Counted from the first letter of the stretch, positions 8,387-18,259 are shown. The stretch is 32,000 nt of DNA from Opitutales bacterium (GCA_965219535.1 CBDCNV010000001.1:1470001-1502000); one strand, 5' to 3'. Made by a program: numbers and translations. The notes: generated by a model from the letters alone, not told the origin.

Positions 8387-9214
8387 TTACCAGGCGGTCC
8401 ATCCACCATCGATGGTGAGATTCTGCCCAGTCATGTAACTGCTGGCGTTACTGGCAAGAAATACAACGGCCCCTTTGAGTTCAGATGGTTGTCCCATGCG
8501 TCCCATGGGAGATTTGGCTTCAAGATTTGATATGAGTTCCTTCCCTGCAGCTTCCGAGGGAAACGGGCCGGGGGAAAGACAGTTAACGCGGATATTATCT
8601 TTTGCCCAGTAGACAGCCAAGTGCCGAGTCAGGTGGATGATACCCCCTTTCAGCGCGTGATAGGCAACTGCGGATGCAGGGCAGATGCCAGCGTAGGTGT
8701 CGGGGTAGGATCCTACTTGTCCATACATTGAGCCCAACATAATGATACTAGCCGGTGCTTTTCTTTTTAACACATGTTCGCGAAGCAACCGAGCTAAGAG
8801 AAAATAGCCGGTCGCGTTTCCCAACTGGCGCGTGAATTGTTCACCGCTTACATTCGTCCAATCGTTTCTTTCAAATTCGTGACCATTATTTACGAGAATA
8901 TCAATTTGGCCAATGCGATCGACAATGTTTTGAAAGGCTGTTTCGATAGCAGTTTCAGAATCCATCTGGTCTAAGACCATGCCATGATGTCCGATACCGT
9001 TAGGATCTGGCAATTCCCCCGCGGCTGATTGCGCGCGCTTTTCATCGCGGCTGGTCACAATGACCTGACTGCCCACTTCCGCTAATGCGTGGGCCATGGC
9101 TCGGCCGAGATAACCGCTGGCCCCGGTAATGAGCGCAGTTTTTCCTTTTAGATCGAAGAGCTGCTGAACGGTAGGATCACTATCTGTGAGGGGGTCGGTC
9201 ATAATATTTTCCAA
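8387..9214 (-). CDS. SDR-family oxidoreductase (gluconate-5-dehydrogenase-like). The likely start is ATG 9202, forming an ATGA overlap with the upstream stop.
   Basis: TGASGYLGRAMAHAL Rossmann motif, Y..LK catalytic pair (YHALKGG), C-terminal GQNLTIDGGWTAW. Confidence 0.85.
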   Translation of the reverse strand: MENIMTDPLTDSDPTVQQLFDLKGKTALITGASGYLGRAMAHALAEVGSQVIVTSRDEKRAQSAAGELPDPNGIGHHGMVLDQMDSETAIETAFQNIVDRIGQIDILVNNGHEFERNDWTNVSGEQFTRQLGNATGYFLLARLLREHVLKRKAPASIIMLGSMYGQVGSYPDTYAGICPASAVAYHALKGGIIHLTRHLAVYWAKDNIRVNCLSPGPFPSEAAGKELISNLEAKSPMGRMGQPSELKGAVVFLASNASSYMTGQNLTIDGGWTAW

Positions 9215-10200
9215 TTGCTAGGATTGCGAGCTGCCGCCAGGATAGCAAGATTACACTCGAGGGTGTGGCGTGCTTCGGCCAGGTTACAGGGCATTTCTCT
9301 CTTGCCGTCGATAGCGTCAAAAAAAGCGTTCGCCTGGGAAATGAATCCATGATCGCGTTCAAAATCCGGCCATGACTCTTCCTGCCACTCAGTTTCAGGT
9401 TCCATCATCCAGCGCATGCGATTACAGTGAAATTCAGATCGCAATGTGCCGCGTTCACAGACCAAGGTGATTGTTCCTTCATTGGGAGCTTGATGTTGAT
9501 TCAAACTGAAAGAGGCGAGGGTGTCACCGTGACGGGTCAAGACGTTGACGGTGTCTTCGACTTCAACCCCATCCAGGACCTGATGCGCGCAGTCGGCAAC
9601 GAGGCGCTCGACCGGACCGGCGAGCCAACTCACGGCATTGATTAGATGTGTCAGCCCATCCTGAATCGCGCCTCCACCCATGGCATGACTGGTGTAATAT
9701 GTTTCTCTGTAAGCGGGACGATAGGTGGGGAAGTGCTGGCCCGAGGTAACGGTAATATGCAAGGGCTGCCCAAAGCGCCCACTGTCGAGGGACTTTTTCA
9801 TCGCTGAAAGTATGGGGTATAGGCGAAAGACGTAAGCAACTCCAACAACAAGTTTTCGCTCCCTGATAGTTTTATCGAGATGATCAATCCCATCGAAACT
9901 GATAGATAACGGTTTTTCTATCAGTATATGCAGATTAGCTTCCGCAGCTTGTTGCGCCATGGGAACATGTAAGTGCGCAGGCGTTGCGATCACAATGGCG
10001 TCATGTCCTGCTTCGAGGGCCAATGTTAAATCAGCATAGCTATTTTTAATATTATATTTATCCGCTATTTTATTACGCAAAACGTCGTTGGATTCACAAA
10101 TTGATACTTCAGCGCGATTCGTCGCAAGGATACAACGCGTATGACGTTCACCTATTGAACCCGTGCCAACGACGAGGATCTTTTTTTTAGCTGCAGCCAT
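9199..10200 (-). CDS. Gfo/Idh/MocA-family NAD(P)-dependent oxidoreductase
   Basis: N-terminal KILVVGTGSIGERH Rossmann motif and the EKP motif (LIEKPL). 333 aa. Confidence 0.85.
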   Translation of the reverse strand: MAAAKKKILVVGTGSIGERHTRCILATNRAEVSICESNDVLRNKIADKYNIKNSYADLTLALEAGHDAIVIATPAHLHVPMAQQAAEANLHILIEKPLSISFDGIDHLDKTIRERKLVVGVAYVFRLYPILSAMKKSLDSGRFGQPLHITVTSGQHFPTYRPAYRETYYTSHAMGGGAIQDGLTHLINAVSWLAGPVERLVADCAHQVLDGVEVEDTVNVLTRHGDTLASFSLNQHQAPNEGTITLVCERGTLRSEFHCNRMRWMMEPETEWQEESWPDFERDHGFISQANAFFDAIDGKREMPCNLAEARHTLECNLAILAAARNPSNWKIL

Positions 10201-10560
10201 GAATCAGTTATTCCAATAAGAAAGGAGCATCCATAAGTTTGCTCGTTAGCCAAGAGAAAAGTATGGGCTTCGGCAATGTAGGGTAAGCACGATTGCTATT
10301 AAGCTATGTTGTCGACGTCGATCTTGACAGGATAATCTCACCATTAAAAACTGATCAAAATTAACGAAAAATAAATTAATCCGTAATCAGTCGCAGTCAG
10401 GCTAAGCTCCTGGGGATATGAGGGAAGATGTCATCCGGCAGTTATGGAACTCAATAGTGTCTTAATGGGATAAAGGACTATCCTCACGGCATTACTTTTA
10501 TGACAGCGCTTGGTTATGACCTGCCTAAAAATACTTCCTCCCTATTAATGAAATATAATA

Positions 10561-11275
10561 ATGTTTAAAGAATACGCAACAGTTCGTGTCGTTAGACTCA
10601 TCCATACAGAACGCTGGACCGAAGCGGGAACACCTTCAATAGGTGATCAAGGTACCATTGTATCTATTGATACGAAAAATGATGAAGTCTGGTATACGGT
10701 AGAATCATCAACTCCTAAGAGTAATAATCCATGGCTTGCTGAATTTACTGAAAATGAGCTGGAACCTGGCAGCGAAATCGACATGGATAACCATTTAGTG
10801 CCGGAGCCTCCTAGTGATGACAACCTGGTTGGCAACTCTGCGGAAGAACTAAAAGAAAAAACAAAAATAGCTGGATCAAAAAAAGCCAAGTCATCGTCAG
10901 AACTGAATGTTTCTCAATCGGCAACAAGGTATCGAAAGGATTTCAACCTCAACAGTAATAAAAAGGGGGGGTTACTCGATAATTCTGTCTGGTGTTCTCG
11001 GAGCCCTAGTCTCCTACTTGGTAGTTTCACTCGTCATACCTGATTACAGCACACTTATTCCTGTTATAGCTGGATGTCTAACGGGAGTCACCGGTGGATA
11101 TCTAGCAGGAAATATTGGCGAATCTATCGCATTTATAGTTTTGTTCATTTTTATCTCCGTCTGTTTTTTTAATGTTGTATCCAATACATTTGGGCGTGAA
11201 ATTTTCTTATCTTTAGTCATCGGCGTGACCGTCGGTAATTTGTCTACAAGCATTTATAATGAATATAGTAGATAG
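10561..11275 (+). pseudogene. Split gene. A DUF4926-like soluble N-domain ORF (10561..11043) and a 3-TM C-terminal ORF (10907..11275, +1 frame) are joined at the A5G7 tract 10960-10971.
   Basis: The two ORFs overlap by 137 nt and both frames read through the G7 tract. Frame 1 is featureless after the tract (LLDNSVWCSRSP...). Frame 2 becomes a hydrophobic TM protein (YSIILSGVLGALVSYLVVSLVI...). Removing one G would fuse them into a protein of about 237 aa. Confidence 0.5.
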
Positions 11276-11322
11276 CCAATCAATTCAGCTAATATATAAG
11301 TGAAGAGGAATGGTAATATTTT

Positions 11323-11913
11323 ATGAATAGAATCTGTGTTTTTTGTGGTTCCAGTCTTGGCCTTCTTTCTGAATATACGGAGACAGCGAATTTATTGGGA
11401 AAAGAGCTGGCGAGTCGCAATATCGAGTTGGTTTTCGGTGGTTCCGATGTGGGGTTAATGAGGCAGGTCGCCAATGCTACCTTAGAAAATGGAGGGAAGG
11501 TGATTGGCGTGATTCCAAAATCATTTGCGAAAAAGGTGGCACATAAAAATCTTTCGCAACTCCACGTCGTCAATTCCATGCACGAACGAAAAAAAATGAT
11601 GCATGATCTTTCGGATGGTTTTATTGTCCTCCCCGGTGCCTTTGGCACGCTTGAAGAAATTTTAGAAATCATGGCGTGGACCCAATTGGGATTGAATACT
11701 AAGCCATTCGGATTTTTAAATGTATGTGGGTACTATGACAGGTTTTTTGAATTTGCAGATCATGCAGTTAATCAGCAATTTCTCAAACAAGAGCACCTTG
11801 ACATGATTCTCATTGAAACATCGGTTGAAAAAATTTTGGAAAAGTTCGATGAATTTAATGTTCCGGTTGTCGATAAATGGAGTGATAAGAAAGAGGATAT
11901 TGCAGGCGGCTAA
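11323..11913 (+). CDS. LOG-family protein (TIGR00730; cytokinin riboside 5'-monophosphate phosphoribohydrolase / nucleotide nucleosidase type)
   Basis: ICVFCGSS, VFGGSDVGLMR, GGKVIGVIP and LPGAFGTLEEILE (PGGxGTxxE-type) motifs. 196 aa. Confidence 0.85.
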   Translation: MNRICVFCGSSLGLLSEYTETANLLGKELASRNIELVFGGSDVGLMRQVANATLENGGKVIGVIPKSFAKKVAHKNLSQLHVVNSMHERKKMMHDLSDGFIVLPGAFGTLEEILEIMAWTQLGLNTKPFGFLNVCGYYDRFFEFADHAVNQQFLKQEHLDMILIETSVEKILEKFDEFNVPVVDKWSDKKEDIAGG

Positions 11914-11984
11914 CACAATTAATAAGAAAACGAATTACCTTACTTTGTGAGATGATGGATCTGGTCTATTGGAGGAATTGAATT

Positions 11985-13007
11985 ATGAGTAAAATTGAAA
12001 CGAGAAAAATTGGGAAATCAAAAGCCGTCGTAACAAAAATAGGGCTTGGCGGTGCTCCCTTTGGCGATCTTTTTCATCTTTTGAGTGATGAGCAGGTAGA
12101 AAATACTTTACAGGCTGCCTGGGACGCGGGAGTGCGCTACTATGATACGGCGCCTTACTATGGTTACGGAAAAAGTGAACATCGTGTTGGACATTTCCTG
12201 CGCAAACAATCGCGACAGGACTTTGTCATATCGACAAAAATTGGGCGCGTCTTAAAAGCCGCTCGCGACCCGGAAAAATTTGTCAGCGAATTCTGGGCGG
12301 GGGGAATGCCTTTTGAAGTTGAAGTCGATTATAGTTATGACGGTATCATGCGTTCTTACGAAGACAGCCTTCAACGGCTTGGACTGCCCTCGGTCGATCT
12401 GTTACTCATTCACGACCTTGACTTCTGGTTCCATAAAACAGAAGCAAAGGTGAGCGCCTACCTGGCGCAATTGTCAACCAGCGGTTGGCGTGCGCTCGAC
12501 GCCTTGCGATCTAGCGGCGCGATCAAAGGGATAGGGGCCGGTATTAATGAATTGGGGATGATGCCACGATTTTTGGATATGGTGGATGTCGATTTTTTCC
12601 TTGTCGCTCTTCCATACACTTTATTGGACCAGGAAGTGTTGGATGAAGAGTTTCCTCAATGCGCAGAACGAAATGTCGGTGCTGTCATCGGTGCTGTATT
12701 TGCATCCGGTATTCTTGCAACGGGACCCGTTGAAGGGGCCTTTTATGCCTATAGCCCGGCAACGGAAGAAATTCTGGAAAAAACTCGACGTATAGAATCG
12801 GTGTGCAAAAGGCACAATACTCCCTTGGCTGCCGCAGCCATGCAATTTCCACTCGCGCACCCCGTTGTTGCTTCGATTATACCGGGAGCGCTCGAACCAG
12901 AGCATGTGAAATCGAATGTAGAATGTGTCGAACATCCCATTCCGGGAGATCTCTGGTCTGAATTGAAGAGTGAAGGGTTGATACGCGAGGACGCGCCGAC
13001 GCCTTGA
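11985..13007 (+). CDS. Aldo/keto reductase (L-fucose / D-threo-aldose 1-dehydrogenase-like)
   Basis: GLGGAPFG, YYDTAPYYGYGKSE and LLLIHD motifs are typical of AKRs. 340 aa. Confidence 0.82.
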   Translation: MSKIETRKIGKSKAVVTKIGLGGAPFGDLFHLLSDEQVENTLQAAWDAGVRYYDTAPYYGYGKSEHRVGHFLRKQSRQDFVISTKIGRVLKAARDPEKFVSEFWAGGMPFEVEVDYSYDGIMRSYEDSLQRLGLPSVDLLLIHDLDFWFHKTEAKVSAYLAQLSTSGWRALDALRSSGAIKGIGAGINELGMMPRFLDMVDVDFFLVALPYTLLDQEVLDEEFPQCAERNVGAVIGAVFASGILATGPVEGAFYAYSPATEEILEKTRRIESVCKRHNTPLAAAAMQFPLAHPVVASIIPGALEPEHVKSNVECVEHPIPGDLWSELKSEGLIREDAPTP

Positions 13008-13031
13008 AGAAGGGTAGAGTGGAGAGGGAAA

Positions 13032-13079
13032 AGTGAACAGTGAGGGCAGTGAACAGTAAACAGTGAGCAGATAACAGTG
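13032..13079. repeat. Degenerate version of the CAGTGAA heptamer array
   Basis: Units read agtgaac agtgagggc agtgaac agtaaac agtgagc agataac agtg. The array is directly fused to the REP-like element. Confidence 0.7.
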
Positions 13080-13140
13080 TTGGATTGGGCTGCCTGCCAG
13101 CCATAACCTTGGCGAAGGTTGGTCCCTAGCGCGCTTCTTC
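13080..13140 (+). repeat. REP-like intergenic element between convergent genes
   Basis: ttggattgggctgcctgccagccataaccttggcgaaggttggtccctagcgcgcttcttc. It contains the hairpins GGCTG-cctgc-CAGCC and AACCTT-ggcg-AAGGTT. Related copies lie at 8201-8260 (inverted), 7001-7055, 8134-8178 and 8304-8348. Confidence 0.85.
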
Positions 13141-13142
13141 AA

Positions 13143-13958
13143 TTACCCGTGCGCTTCTAATAAAGGCATTAGATAGCGATAGGTCGAGGCAACGGCCTCG
13201 TGCACGGTCTCAACAGGGGGCCAGCCCTTGTCATCGAATTCCATCTCTATACTGAGAGGGCCGGTATAACCACCGTCGTCGAGGATTTTCAGGACGCGTT
13301 TAAAATCTACTTCGCCAGATCCAACGGGGGGGAAATTCCACACCCCTTTGCCGCCGATTTTATCTTTTAAATGAATGAATGCAATTTCCGGTAGAGCCAC
13401 CTCGAGGTCCTCATAGGGCCACGCATCTCCGTAGTAAACACAGTTCGCGGTATCGTAAGCAATTTTTACATGGGGGTGGTTGACCTCGCGGATGATAGCA
13501 AGACTGTCTTTGCCATTTCCCGTGTGATTACCGTGCACTTCGATACCGATCATCACGCCATGTTCACGAGCGTAATCGCCCGCTTCTCCCACATGGTTCA
13601 TGAACTGCGATAGATCTTCTTCGTGGCTATGGGCTCCAGCAATGGAATTAACTACACCTTCGGCACCCAGCTTTACGGCTAAATCTATCGTTTGCTTTGC
13701 TTGTTCAATTCCTTCTTTCGACACCAGGCCAGTATGGGCATTCAGGGATGACACTTTTAGTTTGTGTCGCTCAAGGTCGGATCGAAAGGTTTCAAACTGA
13801 GCCTGATCCATCCCAAGAGGGGCGTGCTCGCAGTGTCCGGGGCTGCATGTGAGGTCAATATATCTATACCCGGCCCGGCTTGTTCCCTCGAGGGCATCAC
13901 CGATCGTAAATGGCATGTAGGAGACGCTGCTCCCAGCAATGATTTTTGTGAGACCCAT
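13143..13958 (-). CDS. Sugar phosphate isomerase/epimerase (xylose-isomerase-like TIM barrel)
   Basis: 271 aa. The conserved layout (GYRYIDL..., IGIEVHGNH, LSIEME) is typical of the AP-endonuclease-2/xylose-isomerase-like family. Confidence 0.8.
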   Translation of the reverse strand: MGLTKIIAGSSVSYMPFTIGDALEGTSRAGYRYIDLTCSPGHCEHAPLGMDQAQFETFRSDLERHKLKVSSLNAHTGLVSKEGIEQAKQTIDLAVKLGAEGVVNSIAGAHSHEEDLSQFMNHVGEAGDYAREHGVMIGIEVHGNHTGNGKDSLAIIREVNHPHVKIAYDTANCVYYGDAWPYEDLEVALPEIAFIHLKDKIGGKGVWNFPPVGSGEVDFKRVLKILDDGGYTGPLSIEMEFDDKGWPPVETVHEAVASTYRYLMPLLEAHG

Positions 13959-14014
13959 CAGCGTTTAATTCAGCAGAGCCCAGAGGCTTTAGTAGAGCAG
14001 TTATCCCGGTTTAC

Positions 14015-14380
14015 TTAATCAATAAGTGCTTTTACCGATCTCATCATATCTTTTAAAGCGAATGGCTTATGAAAAATATCAGCGGCACCTAAATCCGAGG
14101 CGGCGTCAAGACAGTCAGGAGCAGATATGGTACTACCACCGCTCATCGCTATAATCCTAATATCGGGGTATTTTTCACGAATATTCATGATTACCTCTAC
14201 ACCATCCATCTCAGCCATGAAAATGTCGGTAATAACCAGGTCAGGTCGATCGTTTTGAAGGAGAGTTAGAGCATTTTTCCCGTTTGAGGCTTCAATAACA
14301 CGATACCCACCCTCGTCAAAATATTGCTTTAACGCATCCCTCATTTTTGCGTCATCATCTATGATAAGTATACATTTCAT
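14015..14380 (-). CDS. Single-domain CheY-like response regulator
   Basis: ILIIDDD, LVITDIFMAEMDG, IIAMSG and FHKPF motifs. 121 aa, no output domain. Confidence 0.88.
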   Translation of the reverse strand: MKCILIIDDDAKMRDALKQYFDEGGYRVIEASNGKNALTLLQNDRPDLVITDIFMAEMDGVEVIMNIREKYPDIRIIAMSGGSTISAPDCLDAASDLGAADIFHKPFALKDMMRSVKALID

Positions 14381-14492
14381 TGTGTAATATTATTGAATCA
14401 TCCTATTAACAAAAAGAAGAGGATCGACGACTGTCAATTATTTCAAATTCTTAGCTCGACGCTGTAAAATTTAGGGATTAATTAAAGACCGA

Positions 14493-15269
14493 ATGAACAA
14501 GAAACTATTGCAAGCATTTAAAACTAAGATCCAAGCGGGACCCGTGTTTGGGGCATTTTCCAAGGCTTCCGACCCTGGAATTATTGAGGTGATGGGACAT
14601 GGGGGATTTGATTTTGTCATTATTGATTTGGAGCATGGTCCCAACACAATTGAGACGGTGCAAAATTTGATTAGAGCGGCTGAAATCTCGGGGATTCTAC
14701 CTTTAATTCGCGTCCCTGAAGACAACGATGAAATGATTGGAAAATCATTAGATGTAGGAGCTTATGGTGTTCAAGTGCCTCAGATCACTGATCCTGATAC
14801 TGTTAATCGAGTGATAAAAACGGCAAGATTTTATCCAGAGGGTGCTCGCGGATTATGTCGCTATGTTCGTGCAGGGGGCTATTCATCGATGGATAAAAAC
14901 GATTATTTTCGCGAAGCCAATAAATCGATTATCGTAATACAATTGGAAGGTAAAGCGGCACTGGATAATTTAGATGAAATCCTGGAAGTGGAAGGCTTCG
15001 ATATCGTTTTTGTCGGTCCCTATGACTTATCTCAATCACTGGGTGTCCCGGGTGAGATTGAACATCCAACGGTGATCAGTACCATACGTGAGATTGTAGC
15101 AGCTTGTCTGGCCAAAGGAATTTCAGTGGGAACTTTCACTGATACACCAAAACAAGCGGCAATGTGGACGGATCAAGGTATAAAATATATCGCAAATGCG
15201 GTGGATATGGGAATTTTCTACAATGCGGTGTCTGAACTGGTTTCAGAGTTAAAAAGCGGCGCAGGGTAG
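14493..15269 (+). CDS. HpcH/HpaI-family aldolase (2-keto-3-deoxy-sugar-acid aldolase, RhmA/GarL-like)
   Basis: FDFVIIDLEHGP, RVP....IGKSLDVGAYGV.VPQ and VQLEG...NLDEIL..EG.D.VFVGP.DLS motifs. Confidence 0.85.
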   Translation: MNKKLLQAFKTKIQAGPVFGAFSKASDPGIIEVMGHGGFDFVIIDLEHGPNTIETVQNLIRAAEISGILPLIRVPEDNDEMIGKSLDVGAYGVQVPQITDPDTVNRVIKTARFYPEGARGLCRYVRAGGYSSMDKNDYFREANKSIIVIQLEGKAALDNLDEILEVEGFDIVFVGPYDLSQSLGVPGEIEHPTVISTIREIVAACLAKGISVGTFTDTPKQAAMWTDQGIKYIANAVDMGIFYNAVSELVSELKSGAG

Positions 15270-15419
15270 CAAGATAAGCCAGTAGAGCTCAATCCTGGCT
15301 CCTAAAATAGGAGTGGTAATAGAATTGAACATTATGCTACACTCTTCAGCCATAATTGCGAAATGCGATTAAAGATCCTTGTTCTTCATGTTTGATTTAC
15401 CCTTTGATGAGTTTAAGCT

Positions 15420-15932
15420 ATGAATGTTGAAAAGCGTATTCAACGCTTAGAGCGCCAAAATGAACGATTGAAGTTAGCTTTAATCGGGATGGGGATAACT
15501 ATCGTTATTACTTTCGTTTTTGTCCTGAAATCGAGCGTAGACAAACCGGATGAAACGGCGAAAAAGGTAAATGCCCATCCCCCGATCATTGCCGAGAGCG
15601 CGGTAACTCAGAATGCCGAGGATTTAATCGCGGAGGATGAGTCAGAGATTGTCCGAACGAAAAAAGTGGAATTTATTGATGACGACGGTGAAGTGATAGC
15701 GGCGTTGGGTTCAAATGAAGTCGGTGACGGATTGGTCATGACTTACAACAATAAGGGATTAAAATTAGCACAATTACATGCTATCTTTGATGAAGAAGGG
15801 TTAGTTGACGTTTATAATCTCAATGGTCAAAGGTTATTGACCGTAAAAACTATTGATGGAAGACATGATGGGATATCGATAACGAATGGTAATAGTCTGG
15901 GCCTTGTAGCTGGTCATTATTTGTCCTGGTAA
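15420..15932 (+). CDS. Hypothetical membrane-anchored protein (N-terminal coiled coil plus one TM helix)
   Basis: RIQRLERQNERLKLALIGMGITIVITFVFVL is followed by a soluble beta-rich domain. I do not recognise the family. Confidence 0.5.
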   Translation: MNVEKRIQRLERQNERLKLALIGMGITIVITFVFVLKSSVDKPDETAKKVNAHPPIIAESAVTQNAEDLIAEDESEIVRTKKVEFIDDDGEVIAALGSNEVGDGLVMTYNNKGLKLAQLHAIFDEEGLVDVYNLNGQRLLTVKTIDGRHDGISITNGNSLGLVAGHYLSW

Positions 15933-15966
15933 TCATTTACGATAATATACAAAAGGCCCATAGTTG

Positions 15967-16659
15967 ATGTCATGGAACTTTAAAGATTTTGATCCCGAAT
16001 GGCCTTACGATTTAGTCGCAACACCTTTTACCCTTGATCCCACATCAACGGCTCTTCTGGTCATTGATATGCAGATTAGCCAGTTCGTGGTAAAACCCGC
16101 CAGTTCATTAGCGCAACGTTATCCGCAAATCGCGCAGTATATGAATCAACGCATCGATAATGAAGTGCTGCCTAATATTCAACGGTTGATTAAATACTTT
16201 CGAGAACATGAGCGAAAAATTGTTTATACGCGCAATGGCAATGTTACCTCGACTGCAGATGAAGTAACCGAACGTCTTAAGGCGAAGAAGATCAGGACAA
16301 GCAGCGGCGAGGTGACTTCGCATCACGGAACCGCGGATTATCAGATCGATTCACGTATTGCCCCGACAGATGCCGATTTAGTCATTGATAAAATCACATC
16401 CGGTGGATTTACCGCTTCGTTTCTTGCGCACGCCTTACACAATATGAATATTCGCACCGTAGTGCTGACCGGAGTGCTGACCGACGCCTGTGTGTTTGGC
16501 ACCGCCCGCTCCGCTGCAGAACTCGGCTTTAACAGCTTGATCTGTGAGGATTCCTGCGCCACCTATACCCAACGCGCGCACGAAGATGCCTTGCTCATGC
16601 ACGCGCGGATGTTCGGAGAAGTCGATACGACTGAAACTGTAATCGAAAAAATGGCATAA
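15967..16659 (+). CDS. Isochorismatase-family cysteine hydrolase
   Basis: ALLVIDMQ, a central Lys and the LTGVLTDACV catalytic-Cys motif. ATG 15967 is preferred over the TTG at 15964. Confidence 0.8.
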   Translation: MSWNFKDFDPEWPYDLVATPFTLDPTSTALLVIDMQISQFVVKPASSLAQRYPQIAQYMNQRIDNEVLPNIQRLIKYFREHERKIVYTRNGNVTSTADEVTERLKAKKIRTSSGEVTSHHGTADYQIDSRIAPTDADLVIDKITSGGFTASFLAHALHNMNIRTVVLTGVLTDACVFGTARSAAELGFNSLICEDSCATYTQRAHEDALLMHARMFGEVDTTETVIEKMA

Positions 16660-16728
16660 ATAATACTTGCCGTTAATACCGCTTTTAGTAGATGCCTTAA
16701 AGGTATCAAAGGGGATTAGTTAATACTC

Positions 16729-17472
16729 ATGCAAATTGACAGACAATTACTGGAAGGGAAAATCGCCTTAATTACGGGTGGTGGGAGAGGAATTGGAAAA
16801 TCAGTCGCCCTGGCTTTTGCCAGAGAGGGTGCGGATATCGTAATAACTGCCCGGACCGATGCACAATTAAATGCGGTGGCCGAAGAGATCAGATCACTTG
16901 GACGGTCTTGTGTTGCCGTGGCGGCCGATATTTTGGTTGATAAAGATGTTGAGCGCGTCTTTAAGCATACCTTCGATGAATTTGGTAGAGTGGATATCCT
17001 CGTAAATAACGCCGGTATCGCCATTGATGGGCCTTTCGTCGAGATATCGATGGAAGATTGGGACCGGACGATAAATGTTAATTTGAGAGGAGCAGCTCTC
17101 TGTGCCAAAGCAGCGCTTAGTGATATGCTGAAACGAGGCGAGGGGGTAATTATCAACATTGCTTCCGCAGCCGGATTGAGGGGACTGTCCGGCAATGCAG
17201 CTTACAGTGCTTCAAAAGGCGGATTGATTGCTATGAGTCATGCCGTAGCTGATGAATTGAGAGGAGCGGGAGTGCGGGTTAATGTAATTTGTCCAGGGCC
17301 GATCGAAACAGAGATGCTGATGCAATCTAAGCTCAGAGATTTTCTTTTAAAAAACAAAGAGAGCCTTCTTCCTCCTGAAGATATTGCTGGCGCTGCGTTG
17401 TATTTGGCTTCTGACCTGTCGGGGGGACTGAATAGTCAGGTGATCACGGTAAGAAATACTAACCGGTGGTAG
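16729..17472 (+). CDS. SDR-family oxidoreductase (FabG-like)
   Basis: ALITGGGRGIGKSVA, NNAG and YSASKGG motifs. 247 aa. Confidence 0.87.
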   Translation: MQIDRQLLEGKIALITGGGRGIGKSVALAFAREGADIVITARTDAQLNAVAEEIRSLGRSCVAVAADILVDKDVERVFKHTFDEFGRVDILVNNAGIAIDGPFVEISMEDWDRTINVNLRGAALCAKAALSDMLKRGEGVIINIASAAGLRGLSGNAAYSASKGGLIAMSHAVADELRGAGVRVNVICPGPIETEMLMQSKLRDFLLKNKESLLPPEDIAGAALYLASDLSGGLNSQVITVRNTNRW

Positions 17473-17514
17473 TGGCTTTATTAATAAATATTAGAATACA
17501 GACCTCGAAAAACA

Positions 17515-18174
17515 ATGGATTTCAATGAAATTAAACAACGGCTGTCCGCACTCGACACGGCTTGTGTCAGTGACGCGAACAAGGAACTTCGCGTTATCGA
17601 TCCGGCGATTCGACCGATCCGAACAGGTTTAAAACTTATTGGTCGCGCGCACACCGTATCCTGTCATGAAGACTTTCTCATGGTGATCAAAGCACTAAAG
17701 GACGCGGAAGAGGGGGAAGTTATTGTCATCGATTCACAGGGTAGTGAGCGTGCGCTGGCCGGTGAAATGTTCCCTACCGAAGCTATGCGTAAGCATTTGG
17801 CAGGTATAGTAATTGACGGCCCCTGTCGCGATACGGCAGCGATACGACGGATAGAGATCCCGTATTATGCCCGTTCTGTTAATTGCCGCGCGGGGACAAC
17901 AAAGACTATTTTTAAGACACAAATACCGATTAATTGCGGGGGCGTTACGGTAGAACCGGGTGATATCGTTTTTGGTGACGATGATGGCCTTATCGTTGCG
18001 ACGATTGATGAATTATCGAACGTCATTGAGGCTGCCGAAGAGATTCAGAAGAAAGAAGGACGCTTACTGGAAGGCATGGCAAGTGGGGTCAGTTTGCTGG
18101 AGATGATGAATTTTGACGATCACTATGAGAAATTGAGTAAGGGCGAGAGCAGCACCTTGAAATTTTTGGATTGA
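17515..18174 (+). CDS. RraA-family protein (4-hydroxy-4-methyl-2-oxoglutarate aldolase / oxaloacetate decarboxylase type)
   Basis: L.TA.VSDA, ALAGEM and IVIDG.CRD...I motifs are characteristic of the RraA/HMG aldolase fold. Confidence 0.78.
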   Translation: MDFNEIKQRLSALDTACVSDANKELRVIDPAIRPIRTGLKLIGRAHTVSCHEDFLMVIKALKDAEEGEVIVIDSQGSERALAGEMFPTEAMRKHLAGIVIDGPCRDTAAIRRIEIPYYARSVNCRAGTTKTIFKTQIPINCGGVTVEPGDIVFGDDDGLIVATIDELSNVIEAAEEIQKKEGRLLEGMASGVSLLEMMNFDDHYEKLSKGESSTLKFLD

Positions 18175-18259
18175 TTATACCACAGCTTTAATTAGTTCGT
18201 CTGGTGTAATGATAATTTAGTTTGCGATAAAAATAATTAATTAACACATTGATAGTTAT

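Noticed and set aside
10201-10560. TTGACA at about 10325 as a sigma70 promoter for the divergent genes
   Set aside because: No acceptable -10 hexamer lies at 16-18 nt spacing. Promoter consensus for this unidentified taxon is uncertain.
11323-11913. LOG-family gene as a SLOG-type sensor of a conflict or defence system (next to the split TM gene)
   Set aside because: It has the canonical LOG motifs (GGxxGxMG-like, PGGxGTxEE) and the standard ~195-aa size, with no adjacent effector or nucleotide cyclase. It is most simply a housekeeping TIGR00730 enzyme.
12621-13142. 173-aa minus-strand ORF, plus other long antisense ORFs (16716..17195, 11289..11672, 1106..1492, 6427..6765, 14471..14725)
   Set aside because: Each lies fully opposite a strongly supported gene or runs through REP-like DNA. 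Their translations are low-complexity (S/P/R-rich) with no recognisable motifs, so they are shadow ORFs.
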